Part shown: in pieces, positions 11,156 to 23,252 of the stretch
Position numbering within the stretch: position 1 is the stretch's first letter
How the letters are laid out: each line of letters opens with the position of its first letter
NCBI GenBank assembly: GCA_030390025.1
Contig: CM059449.1
Coordinates: 13,826,001 to 13,890,000, forward strand
Source of the DNA: Squalus acanthias
Taxonomy: Eukaryota
DNA length: 64,000 nt
Direction: 5' to 3'
Translations under genes and position numbers: made by a program
Notes under the pieces: generated by a model
What the model saw: the letters and a program-made list of their open reading frames with translations, nothing else
Told to the model about the DNA's origin: nothing
The model's database searches: none

Positions 11156-13139
11156 TAATGATTATTCTGATTATTTAACCACAATAAATATATTATTCCC
11201 TTGATAAAGTACAGAGCCAAGCAACGAAAATGGTCCCAGGCATCCAGATCTTAATGATCAGGAAACGTTCATCAGTTGGCCTTGCTTCTCTCCATAGAAT
11301 TGTAGAAATTGAAATGGAAAATAAGGCCATCTGGTCTCTCATGCCTGCGCCAGTGACAGTTCCACATGACAGCTATCTTCTCTAATCCCACTGATTGTCC
11401 CGTTAATAATGTGTTTCTTCGCCTTAATGAATACCACTCTTTGTAAATTCAAGACCCACTGCAGGAATTAAACCCATAATTTAGGCTGACACGTCAGCAA
11501 AGTACTGCATTGTTCTCGGTTCAGGCCAACATTCATCCCCGAAACCGGCATCATCAAAAAACAGATCTGATGTATATTCGGATGCATATTAATGGAACCT
11601 CACTATGTGGAAATTGATAACAGCAATGCTTGTAATTCAAAAGACAATGAATTGATACTGAATCACTTTGGGATGTCCTAAGAAGACCTAACATGGCTCT
11701 CTCGAAATACAGGTTTGTTTTTTCCTTCTTTCTTGAAGCGGTACAACAAAGTTCTCCTAAATGGTGTCATTGGCTTTGCTTCAAGATATACGTGTGGTCG
11801 CTCACTCTCCCATCCCAATAACCATTTGCTTGGGAAAAAAATCCTTCTCCCATGTCTTTGAGAACCCTTAATATTCACTACCCCGGTGAATGCAAGCCGC
11901 TTTTAATCTCGCATCATGAGTATATCGTTTCAATCCATATACAGACCCGTGAATCTCAGATGCAACTTTTCCATTCCTCCAGCATTCGTTCTCTAAAGTT
12001 ATGCTCAACGTTGGACTCAGTACTCTAACTGTTTCCTAACCAAAGGCTTGTACAGATTTATCACAGATTTTTATTCAGTATATAAAAAGCCCAGAATCAG
12101 AAATCCGTTTAATGGATTAATACAGCTCTAGCTTTTAAAACAAACCGTGCATCTGTATTCCTAGATCGCTCTGGTCCTCTACTGCTCCATTGAGAACAGT
12201 AGTTTTATGATATTTCCTGTTTTTTTCCGAAAATGAGCTACATCATATGTGTCTGAATTGACAGATGTTTCACTCTCTCCTCTTGCAATCTTGTGCATTC
12301 TCTTTCACAATTTGCCAAGTTGTGTAATTAGATATAGATCAGCAGTTTTTGCAGAATGAGTTCTACTTTGCTGCACCGTTCATTCATGTACATTGGAAAT
12401 TAGAACAATGTCACTAACTGTTGGCAATGTCTTAACCCCAACCTGGGGACTGCACACCAGGGTACATTTCCTCATATCTATTATTTTAATGCAGCATTTC
12501 AATGTGATTGTAAATTTGCTGTTCCTATATATTAAACTATAGGCAGCGCTATTCTGTAGGCACTATCTAAGTTAATTTCAATAGGACCCTTATATACCGC
12601 AGGAAGTGGAGACTTTTGTCCAACATTCTCGGGAAACGACTTCAGAATCAGAGTCAGGTGATTACATCTTTTCTCACTGCTCTCCGAAGAAGTGATGATT
12701 TTATTTTGACACTTTTCAAAGTACACCATAAAATATACTGTTTTTACTGAAAATTTGCACATGAACGCGTTTCAGTTGCGGGTGTTTTTATTTTTAACAG
12801 GAATACAGAAAATTCATGTACTCATCAGCATAACAATATAACAAAAGATTGGCAAATTTAAAATGTGCGACCAGACACCAACAGACGGGTGTGTGATCAT
12901 GAATTGCTCTATACCTTTGACGAGTAGCTTTGTATGCGAGCTGTAGGTGTGCTTTACTGCTTAGATATACACAGGGGAAGAAAGGATTGACAATTTAGAA
13001 CTGAAATATACGTGTCAATCATCCGTCCGTCTGTATCAAGGTAGATCGATAAACAGAAGTAAGATAAGCGATTGGGTTCTGGAGATCGGCTGTGCCTGCA
13101 GAAAACGACAAAGAATGGCTCATATTAATTTCACTGTGA

Positions 13140-13755
13140 TTAATACAAGAACAGGTCAGAGGCTAGGTGTTCTGCGGCGAGTGTCTCACCTCCTGACTCC
13201 CCAAAGCCTTTCCACAATCTACAAGACACAAGTCAGGAGTGTGATGGAATACTCTCCACTTGCCTGATGAGTGCAGCTCCAACAACACTCAAGAAGCTCG
13301 ACACCATCCAGGACAAAGCAGCCCGCTTGATTGGCACCCCATCTACCACATTAAACATTCACTCCCTCCACCACCAGCGTACCGTGGCTGCAGTGTGCAC
13401 CATCTACAAGATGCACTGCAGCAACTCGCCAAGGCTTCTTCGGCAGCACCTCCCAAACGCGCGACCTCTTCCAACTAGAAGGACAGGGGCAGCAGGCACG
13501 TGGGAACACCACCGCCTCCAAGTGCACCTCCAAGTCACACACCATCCTGACTTGGAAATATATCGCCAATACTTCATCGTCACTGGGTCAAAATCCTGGA
13601 ACTCCCTCCCTAACAGCACTGTGGGAGTACCTTCACCACACGGACTGCAGCAGTTCAAGAAGGCGGCTCACCACCACCTTCTCAAGGGCAATTAGGGATG
13701 GGCAATAAATGCTGGCCTTGCCAGCGACGCCCACATCCCATGAACGAATTAAATT
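13140..13755 (+). mobile_element. CR1-clade LINE (second family) 3' end; related copies at about 17675-17985(-), 19088-19620(+), 21435-21765(-) and 59750-60385(+)
   Basis: MSAAPTTLKKLDTIQDKAARLI...SWNSLPNSTVG..FKKAAHHHLL, with tail gggcaataaatgctggccttgccagcgacgcccacatccca. Confidence 0.85.
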
Positions 13756-14538
13756 TTTTTACCATACTCAGTAACTGAGTTGCATTCAGACAACAACAAC
13801 AACTTGTATTTATATAGCGCCTTTAACGTAGCAAAACTTCGCAAGGCGCTTCACAGGAGTATTATAAGACAAAAAAAATCGACAGCACGTCTCACCATCC
13901 AACATGATTCCATCTGCCTCTTGGTTTGGAGTGAAGTGGTCGAAAGTTGCCTCAGTTATGCAATGCTGTACAGGAGCTGGGTTCCTGTCTAGATGGTTCA
14001 CGGCTGACACGTGGCCATGGCTTGCTCCAGCAGACGATCACAAATGTTACCTTGCTGACAACTGTTGCTGAATTCACAGAACCAGGATTAGCAGAATGGA
14101 AACCAACTAGTCTGCAAACCAACTAGTCTTCTCTTTCCTCACCTTTCTTCATCTTCAAGGCAATCATCACTGAACAAGATGCAGTTTGGGGGGAGGTTCT
14201 ATCTGCAGTCTAAGATTCGAACCGCGGATACTGCAGCATGGATACTTGGTACTAGCGACCACACTTTCATTTCTTATGCTGTGTACTTATCAGACACAAA
14301 CAACACTGCATTTTTTTATACAATTCCCGAACGCTAGAACAAAAAGTGCGGCTTTAAAGACGAACACCATTTAATTCTGTGTAACAGCGAAGTGTGTGCA
14401 TCCTGTGTTGTCAACGTGGAGACCGCAAAATAATTCCATTCACCCTTTATGTGGCTGGTGCTGACGACGCCGCTCTCCTTTCTAACTTTGCTCGCCCCTG
14501 GGCTCATTTTTTCCAACCTCTCCGCGTGTGCACCGAAG

Positions 14539-14596
14539 ATGCTGTTTACTCAACAGCTCGCCGTAATGCAGCTGATTCTCTTTGCAACATGCACGG
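14539..14596 (+). CDS. NCR3: NCR3/NKp30-like receptor, exon 1 (signal peptide MLFTQQLAVMQLILFATCT)
   Basis: ATG with A at -3 (gaagATGc), hydrophobic leader, and a consensus phase-1 donor G|GTGAGT that matches the phase of the V exon. Confidence 0.8.
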
Positions 14597-14934
14597 GTGA
14601 GTTAATTGGTTTGTGACCGTTACGGATAAAGTCCACGGGCTGGAGAACAGGGTCGATTTAAATTCTACCTTTTGCAGAAACTGGACTTTTTTTTCAGCTT
14701 CGAATTGGAAATTATTTAATTTGAGGTAACCACAAAAAACGCTAATGGGTGCTGTCTGTTAACATGTTTTATTTCTGCAATTTACTTACAATTGTCGCAC
14801 TAACTATGAAAAACCGGTGCAACTGTGCTTAGCACCGGTCCATCCTCCTCTAAGCACAGTTACAGTATGTTCTAGACTTGAGCGCATATGGGGCAAAATT
14901 TCCACCAGGTTCTTCCGATCTCCCGCCGTAGCTT

Positions 14935-15622
14935 TAGAATCATAGAATCATGGAATGGTTACAGCACAGAAGGAGGCCATTCGGCCCATCGAGCCCGTGC
15001 CGGCTCTCTGCAAGAGCACTTCAGCTAGTCCCACTCTCCCGCCCTTTCCCCGTAGCCCTGCATTTGTTTTCCTTCAGGTAATTATCCAATTCGCTTTTGA
15101 AAGCCACGACTGAGTCTGCCTCCACCACCCTTTCAGGCAGTGCATTCCAGATCCTAACCACTCGCTGCCTAAAAAAAATGTTTCCTCATGTCGCCTTTGG
15201 TTCTTTTGCCAATCACCTTAAATCTGTGTCCTCTGGTTCTCGAACCTTCCGCCAACGGGAACAGTTTCTCTTTATCTGCTCTGCCTCGACCCTCATGAAT
15301 TTGAACAGCTCTATCAAATCTCCTCTCATCCTTCTCTGCTCTAAGGAGAACAACCCCAGCTTCTCCAGTCTATCCACGTAACTGAAGTCCCTCGTCCCTG
15401 GAACCATTCTTGTAAATCTATTCTGCACCCTCTGTAAGGCCTTCACAACCTTCCTGAAGTGCGGTGCCCAGAATTGGACACAATACTCCAGTTGTGGCCG
15501 AATCAGTGTTTTATAAAGGTTCATCATAACTTCCTTGCTTTTGTACTCTATGCCTCTACTTATGAAGCCCAGGATCCCGCATGCTTTTTTAACCGCTATC
15601 TTAACCTGCCCTGCCACCTTCA
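14935..15622 (-). mobile_element. CR1 LINE 3' fragment in NCR3-like intron 1
   Basis: LIRPQLEYCVQFWAPHF..LFSLEQRRMRGDLIE, with an (ATTCTATG)n-type tail. Confidence 0.88.
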
Positions 15623-16931
15623 ATGCTGGTGGAAGATCGGCTGTATTTATTTTCCCGCCGAAGTTACGACGGGAGATGGAGAGATTCCAGGCGAAACTCT
15701 TGATTCGATTTAAGCCGTCTGTGGAAGGTTTCTGGCAGCAAGCGACTGCTCCACCTGCTTTCATAACAATAGTGGCTGCTCTCCAGAAAGTAACTGAAAG
15801 CACTTTGATATGTTTCGACGATAAGACAGGGCGCTGTACAAATTCAGCTTTTTTTCTTTATCAATGCGAGTGTGATTATTATTGCATAATCTGATTTTTT
15901 TATTCATTCACGGGATGTGGGCGGCGCTGACACTTGTGTGGCGCGAATGTTACTTGCCACTTGATCAGCCCAAGCCTGGAATATGCCCGGGTCTTGCTGC
16001 ACGCGGGCAGGGACTGCTTCATTATCTGGGGAGCTGCGAATGGAACTGAACACCGTGCAATCATCAGTCAACATCCCCACAATATGAGTCTTTTCCTTGA
16101 GATGCTCCACAAAATGTTCTCGCCAAACCAGGATCTTTCTCCCAATCCGGTTGATTGCATCCGAATAACGGCCACTTCTCAGTCTCAGAACAAGTCGTTC
16201 ATCTTCCGCGTTGTTCAGACTCCAAATTAAAATAATAATGTTGTTCTACTTCCTGTAGCTATCTCACTGTTTGTCGCCCTTTTCCTCGTCCTTTCTTATC
16301 CTCTCCCCTTTCCTTCCCTCTGCCTTGTTCTTTCTCTCCTGCTATCCCTTTCTCAATACCACGCTCTGATCCTCAACCACCTTCTCTCATTGGCGTCTCA
16401 GCATTCGCTCTGATTCCTTTTTCTCGGCCCTTCACTCTGCTTCTGTCCATTGCTCTTTTCTGTTCTCCTGTCTGTCTGACTCACAATCTCTCTCCTTGTC
16501 CCGCTTTGGTAGAAAGCAACTGCAATTATAAAATAGCTGCTGAATGAATGAGGACAATGAAACCATGGATGTCATATGTCTCAGGTAATCGATCTGCCAT
16601 CGCATTGTATTAGTTCAGCTCTTGATTTTTTGCGGCTGGCGTGTAATCCCCGCTGCTGAGTGACGCTGGGCAAGTGGTAGTGGAGGCAGCGAGGCGGAGC
16701 AGGACAACCAAGCATTAGCCTGTCTTTCCCTTTCCGACCCTGGCTGACTTTCTACATATTTGTACCACTTTCTGTGTGTGTATATAGTGTGCTTCACGGT
16801 TCCAGTGTTCGCTGCTTTACTTTTTATCTCTGTTTCTATATCATGTGGAATGAGAATTACCTTTACCGACAAAAATGCCGATCAATGTTAGACAGGTGTG
16901 GATTTTAGTACTTATCCGTTTTACCTTTCAG

Positions 16932-17273
16932 CAGCTGGGACGACGAATATCGCCGTTTACCAGTTTCCTCCCTTTATAAATGCGACAGAGGGGGAGTCAG
17001 TGACACTGAACTGTGCCATGGCTTCTGAACGAAACCTATCTCCGATCGGCTCAGCTCATTGGACACGGGGTAAACCAAATGGGTACAAACTGGACGATAG
17101 TCCGTTTTACAGCGGACGGCTGCAGAAAGCGGACAGCGAGTCGTTTGCCAAAAATATAATTTTCATTAAAATCTCCGACTTGACTGAGAAAGACGCAGAC
17201 ACCTATTACTGCCACATAGACGTAATGGGAGTAGGAGTGAGAGACGGAAAAGGCACCAAATTGCAAGTGAGAC
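16932..17273 (+). CDS. NCR3: NCR3/NKp30-like receptor, exon 2 (single-exon VJ-type Ig V domain)
   Basis: Acceptor tttcAG|, donor C|GTAAGT. Motifs EGESVTLNC, IGSAHW, FYSGRL, ISDL..DADTYYC and HIDVMGVGVRDGKGTKLQV align with human NKp30 as I recall it (IGSVTW, FRGRL, YVCRVEVLGLGVGTGNGTRLVV). Two N-glycosylation sequons (NAT, NLS). Confidence 0.93.
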
Positions 17274-18312
17274 GTAAGTAGCAACTTAAAAAATAATCGT
17301 TTACAAAGCACGTGTTCTAATTTTCTATTCACACAGAGCAGGGCGATCCTTGGTTCAATTTCAGGACTGTGATTGGCTAGCTGACCCCAGCATACTGGGC
17401 ACCGGGGATGGGGAATACCATCTCACTCGCTCCTCCTCCTCATTCTCAAATCTTTTCCTCCTGGAAGTTGCTTGTTCTGCTGTGGGCATCAGGGGATGAA
17501 ATTGGACGCAAAACAGGCGGATTTGCGTCGGCTGCCCGTTGTCCCGCTTGCCGGATATTCCGTTCCATTCAAGTCAGTGAAAATGAATATGGGGCTGAGC
17601 CTATAACAGGTGTCCGATGCGATACCGCCTGTGTTACCATCACGCCCTTGCCCAATTTGTCTACTTTTTTTTATATTTGTTCCGGGATGTGGGCCAGCAT
17701 TTATTGCCCATCCCTAATTGTCCTTGAGAAGGTGGTGGTGAGCCGCCTTCTTGAACCGCTGCAGTCCGTGTGGTGAAGGTACTTCCACAGTGCTGTTAGG
17801 GAGGGAGTTCCAGGATTTTGATCAAGCGACGATGAAGGAACGGCCGATATATTTCCAAGTCAGGAAGGTGTGTGTGACTTGGAGGGGAACTTGGAGGTGG
17901 TGGTGTTCCCATGCGCCTGCTACCCTTGTCCCTCTAGGTGGTAGAGGTTGCGGGTTTGGGAGGTGCTGCCGAAGAAGCCTTGGCTGAGCAGGGTTGTGAT
18001 GCCGCTTAGAGTCAAATAGCCAATCACACCCTCTGGGCACAACGTTGAAGAATCGCCATTAAAATGATATATCAGGAGCTCCGTGCAATGAGAACATGGC
18101 ACAAAATCAACAGAGGTAGAGGGAAGCTTCTTGACATTGTCCTTATTATCACTGAAGTGCCAATAGTAGCACAATAGCATAGCAATCATTCTATTTCCAT
18201 TGTAATACTTTTTTTTACAATCATGCTATTTGTTTTAATGCAAGCAAAATCGTTTTTCCTCAGCGTCTTCAGATTTAGATTTAATAATACTGACTTCAAC
18301 TCCTTATTTCAG

Positions 18313-18423
18313 GCAGAATACAGAGAGAAGATTTAAAGCTGGGACTTGTACTGGGAGGTCTGCTGGTGTTGCTGGCTATAACCATCATAATTCTTACAAT
18401 TCGACTGATCTGGCAAAACAAAG
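18313..18423 (+). CDS. NCR3: NCR3-like exon 3 (short stalk plus transmembrane helix)
   Basis: Acceptor tttcAG|, phase 1 to phase 1, 111 nt, encoding RRIQREDLK-LGLVLGGLLVLLAITIIILTI-RLIWQNK. Donor G|GTCTGT. Confidence 0.88.
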
Positions 18424-18788
18424 GTCTGTATCTTTACAAAACCCACTGGTAACCTGTTTAAATATTACACTTTCGCTACAGTGCGGGGGAATTACTCTGG
18501 CCACTATAAGTAGCAATATAGTGAATGCTTTCGTGGAGCGAGTCAACAATTCCAGTGCAATCGGAATCGGGTTATTATGAAAAACGCTTGCGGTTACATC
18601 AGAAATAATAATAGGAGGAAATATCCATAATACATTATGATACCGATGCACATATTGTCCAGAATAACTTCCCGTTCTCTCTATGAATTTATGTATCAAA
18701 GGTCAATTCTACGGCATTTTAATAAGAAATAGCATCACAAAGTCATAATTTTACAACAATAATATTAATTTTGTTCTTTTCCTTTCAG

Positions 18789-18807
18789 TTATCCAGAGGC
18801 TGAAAAG
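18789..18807 (+). CDS. NCR3: NCR3-like exon 4 (cytoplasmic micro-exon, VIQRLK)
   Basis: Long polypyrimidine tract plus cAG|, donor AAG|GTACGG, phase 1 to phase 2. Confidence 0.72.
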
Positions 18808-18898
18808 GTACGGGCAATTTTAACTCCTATAGAATTGATGATCATTCAGAACATAATGTGCATAATTTTAAATTCAAATATCATCTCGCTTATTACAG

Positions 18899-18927
18899 AA
18901 ATCACAGCGGAGCCAATACAATAGATG
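18899..18927 (+). CDS. NCR3: NCR3-like exon 5 (cytoplasmic micro-exon, RNHSGANTID)
   Basis: Acceptor ttattacAG|, donor G|GTAAGG, phase 2 to phase 1. Exons 4 and 5 together are 48 nt and keep the frame. Confidence 0.72.
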
Positions 18928-19056
18928 GTAAGGGAGCTTTAATTGCATTAATTTACATTGATCATTGTTGCTGGTTAATTAAAACAAACTAAATATACAA
19001 ATACATTTCCAGGTTATTTTATTCAGAATCATTTGATTTACAGTCAGGTTCTACTG

Positions 19057-19057
<1 letters not shown>

Positions 19058-19087
<30 letters not shown>
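19058..19087. repeat. (TG)n microsatellite; the TG-rich tract resumes at about 19640-19720 after a LINE
   Basis: Seen directly. Confidence 0.9.
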
Positions 19088-19088
<1 letters not shown>

Positions 19089-19775
19089 CACCATCTACAA
19101 GGCACAAGTAAGGAGTGTGTTGGAATACTCTCCACTTGCCTGGATGAGTGCAGCTCCAACAACACTCAAGAAGCTCGACACCATCCAGGACAAAACAGCC
19201 CGCTTGATTGACACCCCATCCACAACATTAAACGTTCAATTCCTCCACCACCGGCGTACTGTGGCTACAGTATGTAGCATCTAAAAGATGCACTGCAGCA
19301 ACTCGCCAAGGCTTATTCGGCAGCACTGCCCAATCCCGCGACCTCTACCACCTAGTAGGACAAGGGCAGCAGGCACGTGGGAACACCACCACCTCCAATT
19401 TCCCCTCCAAGTCACACACCATCCTGACTTAGAAGTATATCGCTGATCCTTCATCGTCGCTGGGTCAAAATCCTGGAAATCCATCCCTAACAGCTCTGTG
19501 GGAGTACCTTCACCAGAGGGACTGCAGCGGTTCAAGAAGGCGGCTCACCACCACCTTCTCAAGGGCAATTAGGTATGGGCAAAAAATGTTGGCCTTGCCA
19601 GTGATGCCCACATACTATAAAACAAATTTTAAAAATTGTTTGTATGTGTGTATGCATGTGAGTATGTATGTAAGTGTTTATGTATGTGTGTGTGTGTGTG
19701 CATGTGTGTGTGTGTGTGTTGCATTGTGTGATTCTGACACATACTCTATCATTGTCTCTCCTCTCATTTTCACAG

Positions 19776-19804
19776 CAACAGCTGATCTACAGCCAACAAC
19801 ACAG
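19776..19804 (+). CDS. NCR3: NCR3-like exon 6 (cytoplasmic micro-exon, ATADLQPTTQ)
   Basis: Acceptor ctctcattttcacAG|, donor CAG|GTAAGA, phase 1 to phase 0. Confidence 0.75.
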
Positions 19805-19882
19805 GTAAGAACTATCAGATGATGAGATGTTTTATATGTGCAATGACAGATGGTTCAGGTGTACAATAAGGCTATGGTAATT

Positions 19883-20310
19883 GGGTACGGTAGCATAGTG
19901 GTTATGTTACTGGACTAGTAATCCCGAGACCTGGGCTCATGTTCCATGAGACATGAATTCAAATCCCACCATAGCAATTGAGGATAATTGACATCAAAAG
20001 CATTAAATAAATCTGAAATTAAAAAAAGAAATAAGCTAGTCTAATTCATGGTGACCATGAAAATACTGAATTATCATAAAAATCCATCTGATTCACTAAT
20101 GTCCTTTAGAGAAGGACGTATGGCCTATATATGACTCCAGACCCACAGCAATATGATTGACTCTTAACTGCCCTCTGAGGTGACCTTGCAAGCTATTCGG
20201 TTGTATTTAAGAAGGCAGCTCACCACGACCTTCTCGAGGGCAATTAGGGATGAACAATGAATGCTGGCCTTGCCGACGATGTCCGCATCCCATGAATGAA
20301 TTAAAAAAAT
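19883..20310 (+). mobile_element. tRNA-derived SINE sharing its 3' tail with the second CR1-clade family; related copies at about 57846-58385(+) and 61110-61485(-)
   Basis: Head ggtagcatagtggttatgttactggactagtaatcc..ttcaaatccc. Tail aagaaggcagctcaccac..agggcaattagggatg. Confidence 0.75.
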
Positions 20311-20789
20311 TCGCCATCAGCTATCTACGGCGAAGGAATTGCTCTGTTCTCTACGTATTTTCAATATCCTATATGTGCCTGTGAAGATTTTCCCATGTTA
20401 CGTATGTTTCAGGGATGTGCTTATAATTGCCAGTAAAATGAAACCAGAGGTAATAACTATTCAAAGTAGTGTTTAAGGGGATGCAGTGCCAACAGCATTA
20501 TGACCTGAATTCAAATCCAGCCCAGACTGATGGGCTGAAAGGCTCCTCTCTCTGTTGGCTGTAAGGTTTCATAACTTCCCAATGGACATAAAACCAACCC
20601 AAAAAAACACAATTTGGTATTAAATTGGTAATCTCAGTCACAGAGGTCATAAAGTGCGAGAGTAGAAAAGTTCAGAGTTGGAGTGTAATGGTCTTTTTTT
20701 CTGAGCTTTGTGTGTAGAGCGTTGTACAAGCAGCGTAGAGGAAAATTCACCTTGCAGCCTATTATACTATAGCTGACCCAGAAAGACTG

Positions 20790-22320
20790 GATGCCCACAA
20801 TGGATAGCATTTGGTGCCCTTCTTCCCAGTACAATCGTCACAATATCTCATTCCAGTTGATCCCCCTAGTATGAGCCCCATCTTCGTTTCTTTATGTCCA
20901 AGCGGCACTCAACCGGATAAGCCACCCATTCCCAGATCTGGCTTGCCACATTAATCTCTTCCAGGCTTCGCTTTCCTCTGCAGAAACCATCCGCTACTCT
21001 AGGATCATCCTGGAAGGTAGAGAAAACTGCAGGCTCCTTTTCTCTACTATCTTAAACAACTTTGACCACCGCCTCCTCTCCCATCTCTAACAACCAGTGC
21101 GAGGAACTCACGCATTTCTTCCTCTCGAAGATAGAGACCATCTGTTCAGCTGCCTCACTGCTCTTGTCTTCCCCTTGTCCACGAAGACAAATGTCCCCCA
21201 GTCCTGTCGCCATCATTGCCCTGAAACCTGGATTCTCACTAGTTTCTGCCCTTTTCCTCAAACCCCCTCCAAATTTATCTCATCCATGAGACCTACTTTC
21301 TGTTCCCTTGACCCTCTTTCCCACCAAACTCCTGATCACCCAACGGCCACTATTGTGAATGTCTAAATTTACACAGGGGCTGTTGCCCTGCCTTTCAAAG
21401 CTGCTGCCGTTACCCGTTTTCAAGATCCCGCCCTTTTTTATTCATTCACAGTATGTGGGCGTCGCTGGCAAGGCCAGCATTTATTGCCCATTCCTAATTG
21501 TCCTTGAGGAGGAGGTGGTGAGCTGCTGCCTTCTTGAACTGCTGCAGTCCATGTGGTGAAGGTACTGCCACAGTGCTGTTTGCTAGGGAATTCCAGGGTT
21601 TTGGCCCAGCGATCATGAAGGAACGGCGATATATTGCCAAGTTAGGGTGGTGTGTGACTTGGAGGGGAATTGGAGGTGGTGCTGTTCCCACGCGCCTACT
21701 GCCCTTGTCACGGATTTGGGAGCTGTTGACGAAGAAGCCTTGGTGAGTTGCTGCAGTGTATCTTTGACCTGTCTGTCCTATCCAGGTAATGTCCCATCTT
21801 GAACCTTCCTTTCCCCTCCAAGGTCCTTAGAATGCTGTCGCCTCCCAGATATGTATCCATTCCCCTTCAGATCAGGTTTCTGCCTCTGCCACAACATTGA
21901 GACGACCCTGACCAAAGTCACAAGTGGCATTCTCTGCTACTGTGGCCATGGTATGTTCTGCTTAACCTCTCTGTAAAGTTTGAAACATCAACCACACGAT
22001 CCTCTTCCAATGTATCTTATCTATTGCTCAACTCCATGGCACTGCTCTTGCTTAGCTGTACAATAATGCATCTAATTTTAACCAGAGCATCTCCAGCAAA
22101 GTCATCTTTTTCCACCCACAGCCGTTAGCTTGGGAGTCTCCAAAGGATCATCCTATGCTCCCTCGTCTATATCCTTCTCCGAGTTGGCATCATCGAATCT
22201 ATGCATTCAGCTTCCATATTTATGCCAATTACAGCTCTACTCATCCACCACCTATCTCGACCCCTCCTTATGCTGTCAGACTGTATCTCCAACATCTAGT
22301 TTTGACTATGTGTCCTTTTT
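20790..22320 (+). mobile_element. Old L2 LINE fragments in the last NCR3-like intron
   Basis: CEELTHFFLSKIETI, a degenerate QSGF...HxxETxL.KV motif, and GVSKGS. Confidence 0.65.
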
Positions 22321-22454
22321 CTGATTACTAATCGCTCAAGTGACTTGGTACGTTTTTCTGCATTATGGACACAATAAATATGCAAATTGGTGGTGTTGTA
22401 TTTATATGCATTTGGACTTCAAACTCATTTTAATCCGATTGCGATAATTGTTAG

Positions 22455-22583
22455 GTACATTCCAATCGTGGCAGTGATGAGGCAGTTTCCCTTCACTACG
22501 CCAAAGTGAACACAAAGCAAGAGGGGGAGTCGAGGAGAATGAACATGCAGGTACATCATGTGGAGTACGCCACCATCAGATGA
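22455..22583 (+). CDS. NCR3: NCR3-like terminal exon with two ITIMs
   Basis: Phase-0 acceptor ttgttAG| (weak pyrimidine tract). Encodes VHSNRGSDEAVS-LHYAKV-NTKQEGESRRMNMQVHH-VEYATI-R-stop. Total CDS is 717 nt with no internal stop. Confidence 0.8.
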   Translation, partial: VHSNRGSDEAVSLHYAKVNTKQEGESRRMNMQVHHVEYATIR

Positions 22584-23252
22584 AGCTGTGAGAAGAAATC
22601 TGAAAGACCTCAAAACCCTGATCCTACATATGCCACTAGGAGAACAAGAGCAATTTTAAACAATATCCAACACACCGACCGCCTTGCTCTTTATTACCCT
22701 GCCAACAAGGTTGCGACATGTTAACTGTGAATGTGTGTAAATCTGCAGCTGTTCCTAATTTCCCAGTTGTCGAATATTCTGCCGTTTCACTAAGCACCCT
22801 GTAGAGGCTATGTGTCTCTTAGCAACTCTTACAAAATTGAATCTTCCTTATCATTAACACAAAATATGTTTTCCAGCCTGGCAAGCTGAAGAAGGTGGGA
22901 AAAGAGGTCCTTCTGGGTCACTGTGTGTAGCTACAGCATAAATGAAAATTGCATTACGTGCGTATTTCTTGTGAAATTATAAAAGCGTTCTTAAAAATGT
23001 GTTTGCTGTTTTCGTAGAAATAGGAATTAAGAAATATTCTCAGTGTGTTTACAATGTCGATAACAGATGGTTGTCAGAAAAAAATGTATCCCAAAATGTA
23101 AATATGCTACTTACTATTAACTGGTTCCAGTTTGTATGATCATTAAAATACTTAATCTACTTAGCTCTGCATGCCAGATTTACCATAGCTCTTCGCCCAA
23201 GTGTGCATCTCAAATATTTCAATTTTGCACATGACATTTTCTCAGATTCAAT

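Larger units (their letters stand above)
1..11571 (+). repeat. Segmental duplication, copy A
   Basis: Colinear with 45639..64000: same order of tRNAs, SINEs, LINEs, unique spacers and V pseudo-exon. Position 11571 corresponds to the last base of the window. Confidence 0.95.

Noticed and set aside
12815-12905. Possible leader exon of the minus-strand pseudogene
   Set aside because: The donor would be non-canonical (ATGAGT) and the ATG frame does not give phase 1.
16250-16500. Pyrimidine-rich tract (also about 61500-61790) as a possible H-DNA or regulatory element
   Set aside because: Low-complexity sequence without a clear mirror repeat or other support.
16898-17281. Rearranging Ig/TCR V segment, or a single-exon 127-aa ORF
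   Set aside because: V and J-like parts are in one exon with a splice donor and no RSS, and it splices to a TM exon rather than a C domain. The ORF-track start is intronic.
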